From: Elusimicrobia bacterium CG1_02_37_114
GTDB taxonomy: Bacteria; Elusimicrobiota; Endomicrobiia; CG1-02-37-114
Length of the DNA stretch: 64,000 nucleotides
Direction of reading: 5' to 3'
NCBI GenBank assembly: GCA_001871125.1
Contig: MNXB01000117.1
Location: 5,654-69,653 of the forward strand
Shown here: one piece after another, positions 1 to 10,815 of the stretch
Layout of the letters: each line of letters opens with the position of its first letter
Numbering within the stretch: position 1 is the stretch's first letter
Notes under the pieces: generated by a model
Told to the model about the DNA's origin: nothing
Databases searched by the model: none
Seen by the model: only the letters and a program-made list of their open reading frames with translations
Program-made: the position numbers and the translations under genes

Positions 1-362
1 TGTCCACGATACGCGGGGAACGTCAGCCTAACATTTTTGGAAGAAGGGTCACTGCAGATATAATAATAAAATCTATAGCTGTATTTATCGGTGCGACGTT
101 TGTTATTACGTTTATTTCATTCCTGCTGGTACTGATTGAGAAAAAAGGTTTTATTAATATTATGTTTGAAACAATATCCGCATTTGGTACGGTGGGTCTT
201 TCAAGAGGGATTACGTCTGACCTTACTGGCGCGGGAAAGTTACTTATTATTATTACAATGTTAGTTGGCAGGGTGGGACCGCTTACTCTGGGTGCAGCGA
301 TATTATATAACGAAGAAAAAGATATGTTTCGCTATCCGGAGGAGAAAGTCCTTGTCGGGTAG
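1..362 (+). CDS. trkH: Trk/Ktr potassium uptake membrane subunit (TrkH/KtrB), C-terminal fragment; 5' end outside window
   Basis: Open frame from position 3 with no stop. Translation (..IFGRRVTADIIIKSIAVFIGATF..ISAFGTVGLSRGIT..LLIIITMLVGRVGPLT) matches the C-terminal TM/selectivity region of TrkH/KtrB. A TrkA-like gene follows. Confidence 0.7.
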   Translation, partial: STIRGERQPNIFGRRVTADIIIKSIAVFIGATFVITFISFLLVLIEKKGFINIMFETISAFGTVGLSRGITSDLTGAGKLLIIITMLVGRVGPLTLGAAILYNEEKDMFRYPEEKVLVG

Positions 363-386
363 CGGGGTTTACGGAGGAATTTTCAA

Positions 387-1073
387 GTGAAGAAATATCA
401 ATTTCTTGTAGTTGGTTTAGGAGTGTTCGGGACAAATGTTGCTAAAATTCTGTCCCAGAAAGGCGCAGAAGTGCTTGTTATAGATAACGATGAAAAGAAA
501 ATCCAGGAAATATCACCTTTTGTCACCCAGGCAATAGTTGCAGATGCTACTGACGAAAAAACCCTCAGGTCAATCGGTGCGGGTGATATAGATATTGCAA
601 TTGTTGCTATAGGCGAAAATATGGAAGCGAGTATTCTAACGACGCTTTTACTGCGGGAATTAGGCGTAAAACAAATCCTTGTGAAAAACATAAATCCCCT
701 GCATGCTAAAATTGCTGCTAAAGTAGGGGCTGACCGTATAGTTTATCCCGAGGTGGAAGTTGCACATAAAGTAGCCGAGAGTTTTCTTTCACCCAATATA
801 TTTGAAGTAATAAAATTATCACAGGAGTATAACGTTTCCGAAGTGGGGGTTCTAAAGAAGTTCTGGGGTAAAAATTTGAAGGAACTGGACATACGTGCCA
901 AATATGGCGTTAATGTCATTGCCATAAAACGAAAAGCGCCGTTTGTGACGGATTCCGGAGAGAGTGATTTTAAAGAAGAAGTGAACATAGCGCCTGGCCC
1001 GGAAGAAGAACTGAATGAAGGCGATAGAATTATTGTGATAGGCAAGGAAAACGATATAGAGAAGCTTAAATGA
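387..1073 (+). CDS. trkA: K+ uptake regulatory subunit TrkA/KtrA (TrkA-N NAD-binding + TrkA-C)
   Basis: GTG start. Rossmann motif VVGLGVFGTNVAKIL and a TrkA-C like C-terminus. Adjacent to trkH. Confidence 0.8.
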   Translation: MKKYQFLVVGLGVFGTNVAKILSQKGAEVLVIDNDEKKIQEISPFVTQAIVADATDEKTLRSIGAGDIDIAIVAIGENMEASILTTLLLRELGVKQILVKNINPLHAKIAAKVGADRIVYPEVEVAHKVAESFLSPNIFEVIKLSQEYNVSEVGVLKKFWGKNLKELDIRAKYGVNVIAIKRKAPFVTDSGESDFKEEVNIAPGPEEELNEGDRIIVIGKENDIEKLK

Positions 1074-1086
1074 AAGGTTTTGAAAG

Positions 1087-1371
1087 ATGAAAAAAGAGAA
1101 AGGCAGTAAGGATTCGGACAAACCGGAAGAAGCGTTGCTTGAAATGGGTAAATTCTATTTTGTCAATGGCAAATATGACCAGGCAATAGATGAACTGAAG
1201 AAAGCCATTGAAATAAACTCCGGCAATCCTGAAATCTATTACAATTTAGGGTTGGTATATGAAAGCAGGAACCAGCCCGAGGAAGCAAAAAAGATGTATA
1301 AAAAGGCAATTGCTATTTCTCCGAAATATAAATTAGCAAAAGAACATCTTGATAAATTGATCGGTCTATGA
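1087..1371 (+). CDS. small TPR-repeat protein
   Basis: TPR signature (YYNLGLVYESRNQPEEAKKMYKKAIAISP). Stop overlaps the pheS start. Confidence 0.6.
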   Translation: MKKEKGSKDSDKPEEALLEMGKFYFVNGKYDQAIDELKKAIEINSGNPEIYYNLGLVYESRNQPEEAKKMYKKAIAISPKYKLAKEHLDKLIGL

Positions 1372-2399
1372 CTGAGCAAACTATACACAAGGTATCAGAT
1401 GAAGTCAAAAATAAAATCCAGCAGGCAAATGGCGTTGAAGAGATTGAAGCCATCCGTGTAGAATATCTCGGAAGAAAAGGTACAATAACCAACCTGTTCA
1501 AAACACTGCCCTCCTTACCCTTAACAAAAAGAAAAAAAACCGGTGAATTACTGAATACAGTCCGTGACGAACTTCAAAAACTTCTGGACGAAAAATCAAA
1601 ACTCCTTAAAAACAAATCTTTAAATGAAAAACTAAAATCAGAAAAAATTGATATAACCCTTCCCTCCAGACCCCTTGAGTATCTGCATCGTCATCCTTTA
1701 ATGCAGGTTATTTCAGAAATAGTCTCTATATTTAACTCACTCGGATTCCAGACTGTAACAGGTCCTGAGATTGAAACTGACTATTATAATTTTGAAACAT
1801 TAAATTTTCCCAAAGACCATCCTGCCCGCGATAGTCAGGATACTTTTTACATAGAGGGTTCATCGGACAACCTGCTTCTCAGGACACATACTTCGCCTGT
1901 GCAGGTCAGGACTATGGAAAAATACAAACCTCCGTTATACGTGGTAGTGCCCGGGAAAGTCTATAGACGCGATGCGTCGGATGCTTCGCATTCAGCGGTA
2001 TTCCACCAGGTTGAAGGTCTTGCTGTTGACGAGAAAATAACCTTTGCCGAACTTAAAGGAATACTGACTGTTTTCGTACATAGAATGTTCGGTAAAGGGA
2101 CAAAGACGCGGTTCAGACCTTCATTTTTCCCGTTCACCGAACCGTCAGCCGAGATGGATATCGGATGTCCAATGTGCAGCGGCAATGGGTGCCGTGTATG
2201 TCAGAACAGCGGGTGGTTGGAAATGCTTGGCTGCGGGATGGTTCATCCCAAAGTATTTGATGCGGTCCAATATGACCGCGAAAAATGGACAGGGTTTGCC
2301 TTTGGAATGGGCGTTGAACGTTTTGCTATGTTGAAATTCCAGATTAATGAAATGAGATTGTTCTACGAGAATGATTTAAGGTTTTTAAAGCAATTTTAA
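1368..2399 (+). CDS. pheS: phenylalanine--tRNA ligase alpha subunit
   Basis: Class II aaRS motifs FPKDHPARDSQDTFY, LRTHTSPVQ, FRPSFFPFTEPSAE and GMGVERFAML. Confidence 0.95.
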   Translation: MTEQTIHKVSDEVKNKIQQANGVEEIEAIRVEYLGRKGTITNLFKTLPSLPLTKRKKTGELLNTVRDELQKLLDEKSKLLKNKSLNEKLKSEKIDITLPSRPLEYLHRHPLMQVISEIVSIFNSLGFQTVTGPEIETDYYNFETLNFPKDHPARDSQDTFYIEGSSDNLLLRTHTSPVQVRTMEKYKPPLYVVVPGKVYRRDASDASHSAVFHQVEGLAVDEKITFAELKGILTVFVHRMFGKGTKTRFRPSFFPFTEPSAEMDIGCPMCSGNGCRVCQNSGWLEMLGCGMVHPKVFDAVQYDREKWTGFAFGMGVERFAMLKFQINEMRLFYENDLRFLKQF

Positions 2400-2400
2400 T

Positions 2401-4428
2401 ATGAAAATAACTTATAACTGGCTTAATGAATTAATAAAGATAGATGCTTTTTCGGTGAAAGAGATAGCCGAAACTCTGGGACAGATAGGATTTGAAGTAT
2501 CTGCAATATCCAACCTGCCGGGAGACACTGTATTTGATATTGAAATACCGGCTAACCGTGGTGATTGCCTGGGACATTTAGGTATAGCCCGGGAACTTGC
2601 AGCAAAACTGAATCTTGTTTTAATATATCCTGAAACATATTCTTTCCCTGACCCCAGGAGTGTCAATAAGGTATTCAGTATAGACATTGAAGATACTAAT
2701 CTGTGTAAACGGTATATGGGTGTTGTTATTGAAGATATAAAAGTAGGTCCATCCCCTGACCTCATAGCAGAAAGACTGCAGAAATGTGGTTTAAGACCTA
2801 TAAATAACGTTGTTGACATAACAAACTATGTCATGCTTGAAACGGGTCACCCGTTACATGCTTTTGATATTGATAAACTTTCAGGTGAAAGGATTGTCGT
2901 CCGGAACGCAAATAAAGGCGAGAAAATCAATGCCCTTGATAATAATAACTATGTCCTTTCGCCCGATATGTTAGTCATTGCCGATAATGAAAAAGCACTT
3001 GCCCTGGCAGGTATAGTCGGCGGGACAGAGTCTTCCGTTATTGAATCAACTTCAAGAATTATTCTGGAAAGTGCAGTGTTTAAGTTAGAAAATATACGGC
3101 GCACACGACAGAAATTGAATGTAACAACAGAGTCATCATATAGATTTGAACGCGGCAGTTCATACAAAAATTGTGACTTCGCCAGCAGACGTGCAATATC
3201 CTTAATAACAAAATACGCTAACGGCAGGTTCGTTTCGCATAATGATATTTGTCTGCCATACGAGATTAAAAAAATAGTCCTGCAGATTGAAAAAGTAAAC
3301 AGGATTTTATCAACACAATACCAGGTGAAGGATATTGTTGATGCGCTCTCGCGGTTAGAAATGAAGACAGAGGTTAAAGAGGACAAAATAATTGTAGAAG
3401 TCCCCCCCTACAGGTTAGATATAAACGAGGAAATTGATTTAATTGAAGAAGTTGTGCGTATCCAGGGATACGATACTGTCCCGGTAGAGATAAAGACATA
3501 TAAGACCGAGCATATTATTGAAGAACCGTTACTGGAACTTGAGAGAAAAGCATCTGATTTTCTGCTCGCTCAGGGCATACAGGAAGTTATAAATTATAGT
3601 TTCTGTTCAAATAAAACTCTGAAAGACTGCAAAATAAACAGAGAACCTATCGGCCTCCAGAATCCGCTTTCTGAAGATTGGACTTTTCTTCGTTCTTCAA
3701 TGTTACCCGGACTTTTAAACAATGTAATGTCCAATTACAATAATACACAGGCAAGAGATATGAAGTTTTTTGAATTAGGTAAAATATTTTCCACTAAAGA
3801 AATCGGAGCACTGGGTATAATCTGCACAGGCAAGGAATCACCTGAACACTGGAAATATAAATCAGAAAAGATTGACTTTTACTACATTTCGGGTATTGTG
3901 CATAGTCTGTTAAAAGAGTTAGACTGCAATAAATGGACAGCTGACAAATCTATCAGTGAGTATTTTCATCCCGGCGTATCGGCAGTTATTAAAGACGCTT
4001 CCAGCAATACAATCGCCGAATATGGACTGCTCCAATCCACTCTCCATCCAAAGTTTCTGCAAGGGATATATTATGCAGAATTGTTTACTGAAAATATTCA
4101 AAAAACAGCGGGTAACGACACACCGGTATTCAAGGAATATTCCAGGTTACCCGGTTCAAAAAGAGATATTTCAATAATCGTGCCTGAAGATGTCCCGTAC
4201 AACAGGGTCGCTGATGAAATTCTTGCAGGGAAGGATGAATTTCTCATAGATATCAGTTTGTTTGATGTATATTTAGGTGATAAAATACCAAAAGGCAAAA
4301 AGAGTTACAGTATCAGATTTTATTTCACGCATTTTACACGAACGTTCACCGACAAAGAGATTAACGAAAAAGTTGAGCAGATAATAGACAGATTAAAAAA
4401 TTTAGGTATTTCCCTGCGAACCGCTTGA
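2401..4428 (+). CDS. pheT: phenylalanine--tRNA ligase beta subunit (short form, 675 aa)
   Basis: B1 N-terminus (MKITYNWLNELI), B3/B4 and B5 regions and a FDVY C-terminus. Sits immediately after pheS. Confidence 0.93.
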   Translation: MKITYNWLNELIKIDAFSVKEIAETLGQIGFEVSAISNLPGDTVFDIEIPANRGDCLGHLGIARELAAKLNLVLIYPETYSFPDPRSVNKVFSIDIEDTNLCKRYMGVVIEDIKVGPSPDLIAERLQKCGLRPINNVVDITNYVMLETGHPLHAFDIDKLSGERIVVRNANKGEKINALDNNNYVLSPDMLVIADNEKALALAGIVGGTESSVIESTSRIILESAVFKLENIRRTRQKLNVTTESSYRFERGSSYKNCDFASRRAISLITKYANGRFVSHNDICLPYEIKKIVLQIEKVNRILSTQYQVKDIVDALSRLEMKTEVKEDKIIVEVPPYRLDINEEIDLIEEVVRIQGYDTVPVEIKTYKTEHIIEEPLLELERKASDFLLAQGIQEVINYSFCSNKTLKDCKINREPIGLQNPLSEDWTFLRSSMLPGLLNNVMSNYNNTQARDMKFFELGKIFSTKEIGALGIICTGKESPEHWKYKSEKIDFYYISGIVHSLLKELDCNKWTADKSISEYFHPGVSAVIKDASSNTIAEYGLLQSTLHPKFLQGIYYAELFTENIQKTAGNDTPVFKEYSRLPGSKRDISIIVPEDVPYNRVADEILAGKDEFLIDISLFDVYLGDKIPKGKKSYSIRFYFTHFTRTFTDKEINEKVEQIIDRLKNLGISLRTA

Positions 4429-4467
4429 CTTGTTGGAATTAATTTTATAAGATGAAATTAACCCAAA

Positions 4468-4695
4468 ATGGAAAAGTTTGATGTTCTGGAAAAAGAAATT
4501 GACCAGCTGATTAACCAGAATAAGAAATTTAAAAGCGAAATCGAAAAAAACTTAAAGGAGTTGGAACATTTAAGAGCAGAAAATATCAGGGCAGGAAAAC
4601 TTATTCAGGAAAACGAGACTCTACATAAACAGAAGTTTACAGTTAAGACTAAACTAAATGAACTCCTGGATAAATTTAGCAAAGCAGGGGTTTAA
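4468..4695 (+). CDS. coiled-coil protein, ZapB-like
   Basis: 75 aa, entirely heptad-repeat coiled coil, directly upstream of zapA. Confidence 0.45.
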   Translation: MEKFDVLEKEIDQLINQNKKFKSEIEKNLKELEHLRAENIRAGKLIQENETLHKQKFTVKTKLNELLDKFSKAGV

Positions 4696-4697
4696 AA

Positions 4698-4979
4698 ATG
4701 CCCGAGAAAACTTTTGTGGATATTGGCGGTCAACAATATCCCATTGAATCCGAGATTGACCCGTTACAGGTCCAGTCAATAGCTAAATTTGTTAAGGAGA
4801 AATTAGACGAAGTTCGCACCAACACCGGAGAAGCATCAACTTCAAGAATGACAGTTTTGGCATGTCTCAACATTGCTGAAGAATTGTTTCGTTTAAGAGA
4901 TGAATATGAAAAATTTCGCACTAAAGTGAATAGAAAATCTGATGAGTTGATATCCGACATCAGCTCTGTGCTGAGTTAA
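4698..4979 (+). CDS. zapA: cell division protein ZapA
   Basis: ZapA-like fold signature (VDIGGQQYPI, SRMTVLACLNIAEELFRL). Position after pheT is as in Bacillus. Confidence 0.75.
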   Translation: MPEKTFVDIGGQQYPIESEIDPLQVQSIAKFVKEKLDEVRTNTGEASTSRMTVLACLNIAEELFRLRDEYEKFRTKVNRKSDELISDISSVLS

Positions 4980-4984
4980 AGTTT

Positions 4985-5170
4985 GAACTACGACAGTGAA
5001 TTTTAACATTAGCGTTCTTTGAGCATAAAAAAATAAATCTTTTGCAGAAAAATTATGCCCTGCGGTGTTGGTGAAAAATATAGGTTGAAGTGAGCTTACA
5101 GAAAAACTAAATCAATCAGGTTTGGTTCACAGTATCCCTATAGAACCACGGCACATGCGGGGCTTTTTTT
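4985..5170 (+). ncRNA. candidate small RNA, possibly 6S-like, in the zapA-rarA gap
   Basis: About 220 nt of non-coding sequence ending in GCGGGGCTTTTTTT. Synteny echoes E. coli zapA-ssrS-ygfA, with the 5-FCL gene 1.3 kb downstream. No covariance check was possible. Confidence 0.25.
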
Positions 5171-5200
5171 ATCTAATTTATCCGCAGGATTATCTTATTT

Positions 5201-6490
5201 ATGCAGAAATATCTTTTTGCCGGTGAAAACAAAGCGGGTAGTTTAGAACAGCCTCTGGCCGCAAAATTCGTTCCGGATAACCTTGACGGTTTCTATGGCC
5301 AGGAACACATTGTAGACAGGGACAGGTTATTGAACCGTGCAATTTTGTCTGACAGAGTCGGTTCTATAATATTTTTTGGACCTTCAGGGACAGGCAAAAC
5401 CGCACTGGCAAAGATTATTTCAAAGCACACTAAATCTTATTTCATTGAAACAAATGCCGTTATTATCGGTGTTGCTGATATAAAGAAAATTGTTGAACAG
5501 GCAGAGGTAAGACAGAAAGCATATAATCAGAGGACAATACTTCTGCTGGACGAAATCCATCACTTTAACCGCACCCAGCAGGATGCATTACTGCCCTATG
5601 TAGAGAAAGGCGTAATAAGCATGATTGGGATAACCACTGAAAATCCTTATTTCTATATAAACTCTGCACTTATTTCCAGGTCACTGGTGTTTGAATTCAA
5701 GCCACTGGCGGATGAATCTATTAGAAAAATAATAATTTCTGTATTAAACGATAAAGAAAGAGGGCTTGGTAAATACAGTGTAAAAATTACAGAAGATGCC
5801 GTAGAGCATATTATCAAATATTCAAACGGTGATGCCAGGAAAGCACTTAATGCAGTTGAAATAGGTGTGCTGACCACACCTCCTGACAGGGTCGGGAATA
5901 TAAATTTTGATTTGAAAACTGCAGAGGAATCAATACAGCATAAATCAGTCGTGTATGATAAATCCGGAGACGGGCATTACGACCATATATCTGCATTTAT
6001 AAAGTCAATCCGGGGCAGTGACCCCGACGCAGCGCTTTACTGGTTGACAAAAATGCTTGATGCGGGTGAAGACCCTAAATTTATTGCAAGACGTATCGTT
6101 ATTGCGGCAAGCGAGGATGTAGGGAATGCTGACCCCAATGCTCTCAACGTAGCCGTCTCAGCACTTCAATCAGTTGAATTTGTCGGTATGCCGGAAGCAA
6201 AAATTCCTTTAGCTCAGGCGTGCCTATACGTCTCCTGCGCACCAAAATCAAATGCTGTGTATAATGCTCTGTCTTCTGCTGAAGAAGAAGTGCAGAAGGG
6301 AAAGACACGGTCTGTGCCCGAGCATCTCAAGGATTCAAATGAGAGGTATTTATATCCTCATAATTACCCCGGACATTTCATTCCGCAGGAGTATATGCCG
6401 GAACATAAGATTTTCTACAAGCCGACTGAGCAGGGCTTTGAGGAAGAGATAAAAAAACGGTTAGAGCAATGGCGAAAGAAACAGGTTTAA
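5201..6490 (+). CDS. rarA: replication-associated recombination protein A (AAA+ ATPase RarA/MgsA)
   Basis: Walker A GPSGTGKT, Walker B LLLDEIHHFN, MgsA C-terminal domain. Confidence 0.9.
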   Translation: MQKYLFAGENKAGSLEQPLAAKFVPDNLDGFYGQEHIVDRDRLLNRAILSDRVGSIIFFGPSGTGKTALAKIISKHTKSYFIETNAVIIGVADIKKIVEQAEVRQKAYNQRTILLLDEIHHFNRTQQDALLPYVEKGVISMIGITTENPYFYINSALISRSLVFEFKPLADESIRKIIISVLNDKERGLGKYSVKITEDAVEHIIKYSNGDARKALNAVEIGVLTTPPDRVGNINFDLKTAEESIQHKSVVYDKSGDGHYDHISAFIKSIRGSDPDAALYWLTKMLDAGEDPKFIARRIVIAASEDVGNADPNALNVAVSALQSVEFVGMPEAKIPLAQACLYVSCAPKSNAVYNALSSAEEEVQKGKTRSVPEHLKDSNERYLYPHNYPGHFIPQEYMPEHKIFYKPTEQGFEEEIKKRLEQWRKKQV

Positions 6491-7065
6491 AAGAAACAAT
6501 CAGAAGAAAACTAAAATCTTTAAGAGACAGTATTACTGAAAAGGAAAGGAGACTTAAAAGCAGACTGATTAAAAAAAATCTATTCGGACTTAAAGAATTC
6601 AAAAACGCAAATACTGTAATGTTTTTTGTGTCTTTCGGTTCGGAAATAGAAACAATTAATATGATAAAAAAAGCATTGGGTAGTAAGAAAAAAGTTGTGG
6701 TCCCCTGTGTTATGAAAAACCCTAAAAGAATCATAGCAGTTGAAATCACTAATCCTGACACTGAGCTGGATGTTAGTACATACGGTATACTTGAACCAAA
6801 AAACAGGACAAAAGAGGTCCTGCCCGGGAAAATTGACCTTGTGCTTGTGCCGGGACTCGGGTTTGACAGTAGCGGGATGAGGGTCGGCTATGGCGGCGGT
6901 TATTACGATTTGTGGCTGAAAAATTTTTCAATAGAAAAACGTATCGGAGCAGGATTTGATTTTCAGGTTATTTCAAAAATACCTGCTGAAGAAAATGATT
7001 TGCGGTTAGGTAAAATCGTAACTGATAAAAGGGTTATTGATTGCAGTACGACTGAAAGGAGATAA
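6469..7065 (+). CDS. 5-formyltetrahydrofolate cyclo-ligase
   Basis: 5-FTHF cyclo-ligase family motifs ([18 protein letters not shown]). Confidence 0.85.
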   Translation: MAKETGLKETIRRKLKSLRDSITEKERRLKSRLIKKNLFGLKEFKNANTVMFFVSFGSEIETINMIKKALGSKKKVVVPCVMKNPKRIIAVEITNPDTELDVSTYGILEPKNRTKEVLPGKIDLVLVPGLGFDSSGMRVGYGGGYYDLWLKNFSIEKRIGAGFDFQVISKIPAEENDLRLGKIVTDKRVIDCSTTERR

Positions 7066-8623
7066 TATGGAAATTGTATTGATGATAGTTTCAAGTATAG
7101 TTGCAGGACTTGTGGCAGGATACGGAGTAAGACTATTATATGGACGCAAGGAACTGAGTTCAGCAGAAGCTAAGGCAAAAAAGTTAATTGCTGAAGCAGA
7201 AAAAGAGGCGGAACTTAAGAAAAAAGAAGGTCTGTTTGAAATACGGGAAAAAATGGACAGGGAACGGAGAGATTTTGAGCGCGAAACACGCAATAAGAGA
7301 CAGGAGATATCGAATCTTGAACGAAGGTTAAGCCAGAAGGAAAGCGGTATAGATACTAAACTCAACATACTTGAGAAAAAGGAACAGGAATTGCGCGAAC
7401 GCGATAAACAGATGCAGGGTAAGGAACAGAGAATTGGGGATGAAATCAAGCAGATAGAAAAAACTCGTGAAGAACAGAGACAGTTGCTTGAAAAAATTGC
7501 CGGTGTCACACAGGAAGAGGCAAAAAAATTGTTATTGCAGAATTTAGAAGAAGAAGTTAGACGCGAATCAGCACTTATGGCACGCGGTATTGAACAGGAG
7601 GCAAGGGAATCGGCTGAGAAAAAAGCAAAGGAAATCCTTGCTATTGCAATTCAGAAAATTGCAGCAGAACATACTACAGATACAACCACCTCTACGATTA
7701 CAATACCGAATGATGAACTTAAAGGCAGGGTTATAGGTCGCGAAGGAAGAAATATCCGTGCCTTTGAGCAGGCTACGGGCGTAGATTTGATAATAGATGA
7801 TACACCGGAGACAATTATAATCTCAGCCTTTGACCCTGTACGCAGAGAAATAGCAAAGGTTGCTATGGAAAAACTCATTGCAGATGGCAGGATACATCCC
7901 GGAAGAATTGAAGAAGTTGTTGCCAGGACTAAAGAGGAAATGGAAAATATATTTAAAGAAACTGGCGAGAAAACAGCAATAGAAGTAGGTGTTGTAGGAC
8001 TGCACTTTGAAATACTTAAACTGCTCGGTAAACTTAAATACAGGACTTCATACGGACAAAGCCAGTTGCAGCATACACTGGAAGTAGCACATTTAGCAGG
8101 AGCCATGGCAGGTGAACTCGGCGCGGATATAAATTTTTGTAAACGTGCAGGGTTACTCCATGACATAGGTAAAGCAGTTGACCACAACATGGAAGGGACT
8201 CATCACCAGATATCTGCTGACATAGCAAAGAAATACGGTGAGTCGGAAAAGATGCTGAATGCAATAATATCCCATCACGAAGGCATTGAACAACCCAGGA
8301 GTGTTGAGGCATTCATTATTGCTGCCTGTGACGCAATATCTGCAGCAAGGCCCGGAGCGAGACGCGAATCTGTTGAACAGTATATAAAGAGATTGGAAAA
8401 ATTAGAAAAAGTCGCTACTTCGTTTCGCGGTGTTATTTCTGCATATGCAATCCAGGCTGGCAGAGAAATAAGAATTATGGTTGAACCCGAAGATGTTGAC
8501 GACCAAACTTCATATATTTTAGCAAAAGACATTGCAAAGAAGATAGAACAGGAACTTGAATATCCCGGACAGATAAAGGTCGTGGTGATACGGGAGGTGC
8601 GTGCCCAGGAAATCGCAAAATGA
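7037..8623 (+). CDS. rny: ribonuclease Y (N-terminal TM, coiled coil, KH, HD)
   Basis: KH motif [15 protein letters not shown] and HD motif [10 protein letters not shown]...LLHDIGK. The likely true start is the ATG at 7067 ([10 protein letters not shown] helix). Confidence 0.92.
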   Translation: MIAVRLKGDNMEIVLMIVSSIVAGLVAGYGVRLLYGRKELSSAEAKAKKLIAEAEKEAELKKKEGLFEIREKMDRERRDFERETRNKRQEISNLERRLSQKESGIDTKLNILEKKEQELRERDKQMQGKEQRIGDEIKQIEKTREEQRQLLEKIAGVTQEEAKKLLLQNLEEEVRRESALMARGIEQEARESAEKKAKEILAIAIQKIAAEHTTDTTTSTITIPNDELKGRVIGREGRNIRAFEQATGVDLIIDDTPETIIISAFDPVRREIAKVAMEKLIADGRIHPGRIEEVVARTKEEMENIFKETGEKTAIEVGVVGLHFEILKLLGKLKYRTSYGQSQLQHTLEVAHLAGAMAGELGADINFCKRAGLLHDIGKAVDHNMEGTHHQISADIAKKYGESEKMLNAIISHHEGIEQPRSVEAFIIAACDAISAARPGARRESVEQYIKRLEKLEKVATSFRGVISAYAIQAGREIRIMVEPEDVDDQTSYILAKDIAKKIEQELEYPGQIKVVVIREVRAQEIAK

Positions 8624-9393
8624 AAATATTGTTTATTGGTGACATCGTAGGGGAACCGGGCAGGGGAATAGTAAAGAGATACGTCCCTGAAATAATCAAG
8701 TCCGAGAATATTGACTTTACCATTGCTAACGCAGAGAATGCTGCCGGCGGGAAAGGTTTAACGCAGAGCGTCAGCGAAGAAATTTTTTCCTGCGGGATTA
8801 ATGCAATTACACTTGGCAACCACACGTTTGCAAGAAAAGAGATTGAACTCATTATAGGTGACCCAAGAATATTGCGTCCGCTGAATTATCCCGCAGTTGT
8901 TCCCGGCAGGGGATGGAATATTTTTGACGTGGGCGATATAAAAATTGCCGTTATAAACGCGATGGGCAGAGTGTATATGCCCCTGCTGGACTGTCCCTTC
9001 CATACAATTGACCCCATAATAGAACAAATATCACAGAAAACCAGAAATATTATTGTTGATTTCCATGCGGAGATAACATCCGAGAAACAATCTTTCGGAC
9101 AATATCTTAACGGTAAAGCGAGCGCAGTCATAGGCACACATACACATGTGCAGACAGCAGACGAACAGATACTGTCCGAAGGGACTGCATACATCACAGA
9201 CTGCGGTATGACGGGTCCTTCAGAAGGTATTATCGGTGTTGACAGGGAGATAATACTTAAAAAATATCTGACGAGTCTTCCGTATAAGTTTGTAGTTGCC
9301 AAAGGACCATCCATGCTCAATGGAGTTATAATTGAAATTGATGAAAATACCGGAAAGGCAAAGAATATTTCCCGAATAAAGAAACGTTCATGA
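8620..9393 (+). CDS. ymdB: YmdB-family metallophosphoesterase (2',3'-cNMP phosphodiesterase)
   Basis: [11 protein letters not shown]...NAENAAGG. Conserved rny-ymdB adjacency. Confidence 0.85.
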   Translation: MKILFIGDIVGEPGRGIVKRYVPEIIKSENIDFTIANAENAAGGKGLTQSVSEEIFSCGINAITLGNHTFARKEIELIIGDPRILRPLNYPAVVPGRGWNIFDVGDIKIAVINAMGRVYMPLLDCPFHTIDPIIEQISQKTRNIIVDFHAEITSEKQSFGQYLNGKASAVIGTHTHVQTADEQILSEGTAYITDCGMTGPSEGIIGVDREIILKKYLTSLPYKFVVAKGPSMLNGVIIEIDENTGKAKNISRIKKRS

Positions 9394-10613
9394 CTCAACA
9401 GTCACAGAGAAAGATATACAGTGTAACCGAAATTACAAATATCATAAAGCAAACCTTAGAAACACAAATTCAGGAATTATGGCTCACCGGAGAAATTTCA
9501 AACTATAAAACATATTCTTCAGGACACAGTTTCTTTTCATTAAAAGACGAGAATTCACAGATAAATGCAATAATGTGGAATCAGCAGGTAAAACTTATCA
9601 GGTTTCGCCCGGAAGACGGACTTAAGGTTATTGTATTTGGCAGGATATCTGTATATGCCAAGCGCGGTGAATACAGAATAATCGTTGATTATATTGAACC
9701 TGCAGGCAAGGGTGCGCTGCAACTTGCATTTGAACAACTCAAACAGAAATTATCTTCAGAAGGTTTGTTTGATGAGTCAAAGAAAAAACCCATACCTTTA
9801 TTATTGAAAAAGGTAGGGATTGTAACCTCTGAAGATGGTGCCGCATTACATGACATACTTACAATTCTGCAACAGGAGGATTTAGAAATTCTCATTTATC
9901 CTGCCCGGGTCCAGGGAGATGAAGCGAAATATGATATATCACAGGCAATAGAATATCTCAATGAACATTACAAGGATTTAGACGTCCTGCTTGTAGGACG
10001 CGGCGGAGGTTCTTTAGAAGACCTCTGGCCATTCAACGAAGAAATCGTAGCACGCGCTATTTTCTCATCAAAGATACCGGTAATATCCTGCGTGGGTCAT
10101 GAGGTTGATTATACAATAAGTGATTTTGTATCTGACATGCGAGCCCCGACTCCAACAGCTGCAGCAGAGTTTGTCGCCCGCCGGAGGCGGGAACTGAGGG
10201 AAGGATTGCAGGACATGGTAAAGAGACTGCGGAATCATCTGAATTATATTTCATCAAATTTAACACAGCGGATGAACAATATCCTGAACTCAAGGGTTTT
10301 TACCAGACCTTTCTCATTGATAGAAGAGAAGCTGCAGGAAGTGGACGACGTGTTTTTACAAATAATAAATTCAGTCAAACATTTAGCAGAGATGAAATCC
10401 TACGATTTGAAAATATTAGATGAAAAACTCAAAGCACTCTCGCCGTTAAACATACTCTCGCGGGGTTATTCAATAGTCTGGAAACTTCCCGAGAATGTGA
10501 TAATAAAAGATGCAGAGGATTTATCAATAAAGGATAAACTGAAAATAAGATTGCATAAGGGCGAAGTTTTATCTGAAGTAAAGGAGACAAAAAAATATGA
10601 AAAAAGAGATTAA
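9390..10613 (+). CDS. xseA: exodeoxyribonuclease VII large subunit
   Basis: OB-fold N-terminus and XseA catalytic core (VGIVTSEDGAALHDIL, VGRGGGSLEDLW). Confidence 0.92.
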   Translation: MTQQSQRKIYSVTEITNIIKQTLETQIQELWLTGEISNYKTYSSGHSFFSLKDENSQINAIMWNQQVKLIRFRPEDGLKVIVFGRISVYAKRGEYRIIVDYIEPAGKGALQLAFEQLKQKLSSEGLFDESKKKPIPLLLKKVGIVTSEDGAALHDILTILQQEDLEILIYPARVQGDEAKYDISQAIEYLNEHYKDLDVLLVGRGGGSLEDLWPFNEEIVARAIFSSKIPVISCVGHEVDYTISDFVSDMRAPTPTAAAEFVARRRRELREGLQDMVKRLRNHLNYISSNLTQRMNNILNSRVFTRPFSLIEEKLQEVDDVFLQIINSVKHLAEMKSYDLKILDEKLKALSPLNILSRGYSIVWKLPENVIIKDAEDLSIKDKLKIRLHKGEVLSEVKETKKYEKRD

Positions 10614-10812
10614 GTTTGAAACCGCGCTGGAAAGGTTAGAAGAGATTGTAGAACAACTTGAATCTGGAGAAACGGGTTTGGATGATTCGCTGAAACTCTT
10701 TGAAGAATCAATGGAACTTGTAAAAACCTGTGACGAAAAACTTAAGGAAGTAAAGAAAAAAATTGAAATACTCTCAAAGAAAGGTGAAAAACTGACACCC
10801 GAACCTCTGTAG
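10597..10812 (+). CDS. xseB: exodeoxyribonuclease VII small subunit
   Basis: 71-aa helical protein (FETALERLEEIVEQLESGE..LDDSLKLFEE), overlapping xseA. Confidence 0.9.
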   Translation: MKKEIKFETALERLEEIVEQLESGETGLDDSLKLFEESMELVKTCDEKLKEVKKKIEILSKKGEKLTPEPL

Positions 10813-10815
10813 CGT

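Noticed and set aside
398-1121. Antisense ORFs (398-691, 743-1045, 852-1121) inside trkA
   Set aside because: Low-complexity translations with no motifs. Fully shadowed by a strongly supported sense gene.
2412-4298. Several 60-145 aa ORFs on the minus strand or in alternative frames inside pheT
   Set aside because: Shadow ORFs of an unambiguous aaRS gene. No RBS or domain evidence.
5653-6761. Minus-strand ORFs 5653-5877 and 6378-6761 within rarA / 5-FCL
   Set aside because: Shadow ORFs opposite well-supported genes.
7006-9398. Minus-strand ORFs 7006-7509, 7651-8190, 8475-8852 and 8886-9398 opposite rny/ymdB
   Set aside because: Serine/leucine-rich shadow translations typical of antisense frames in AT-rich DNA.
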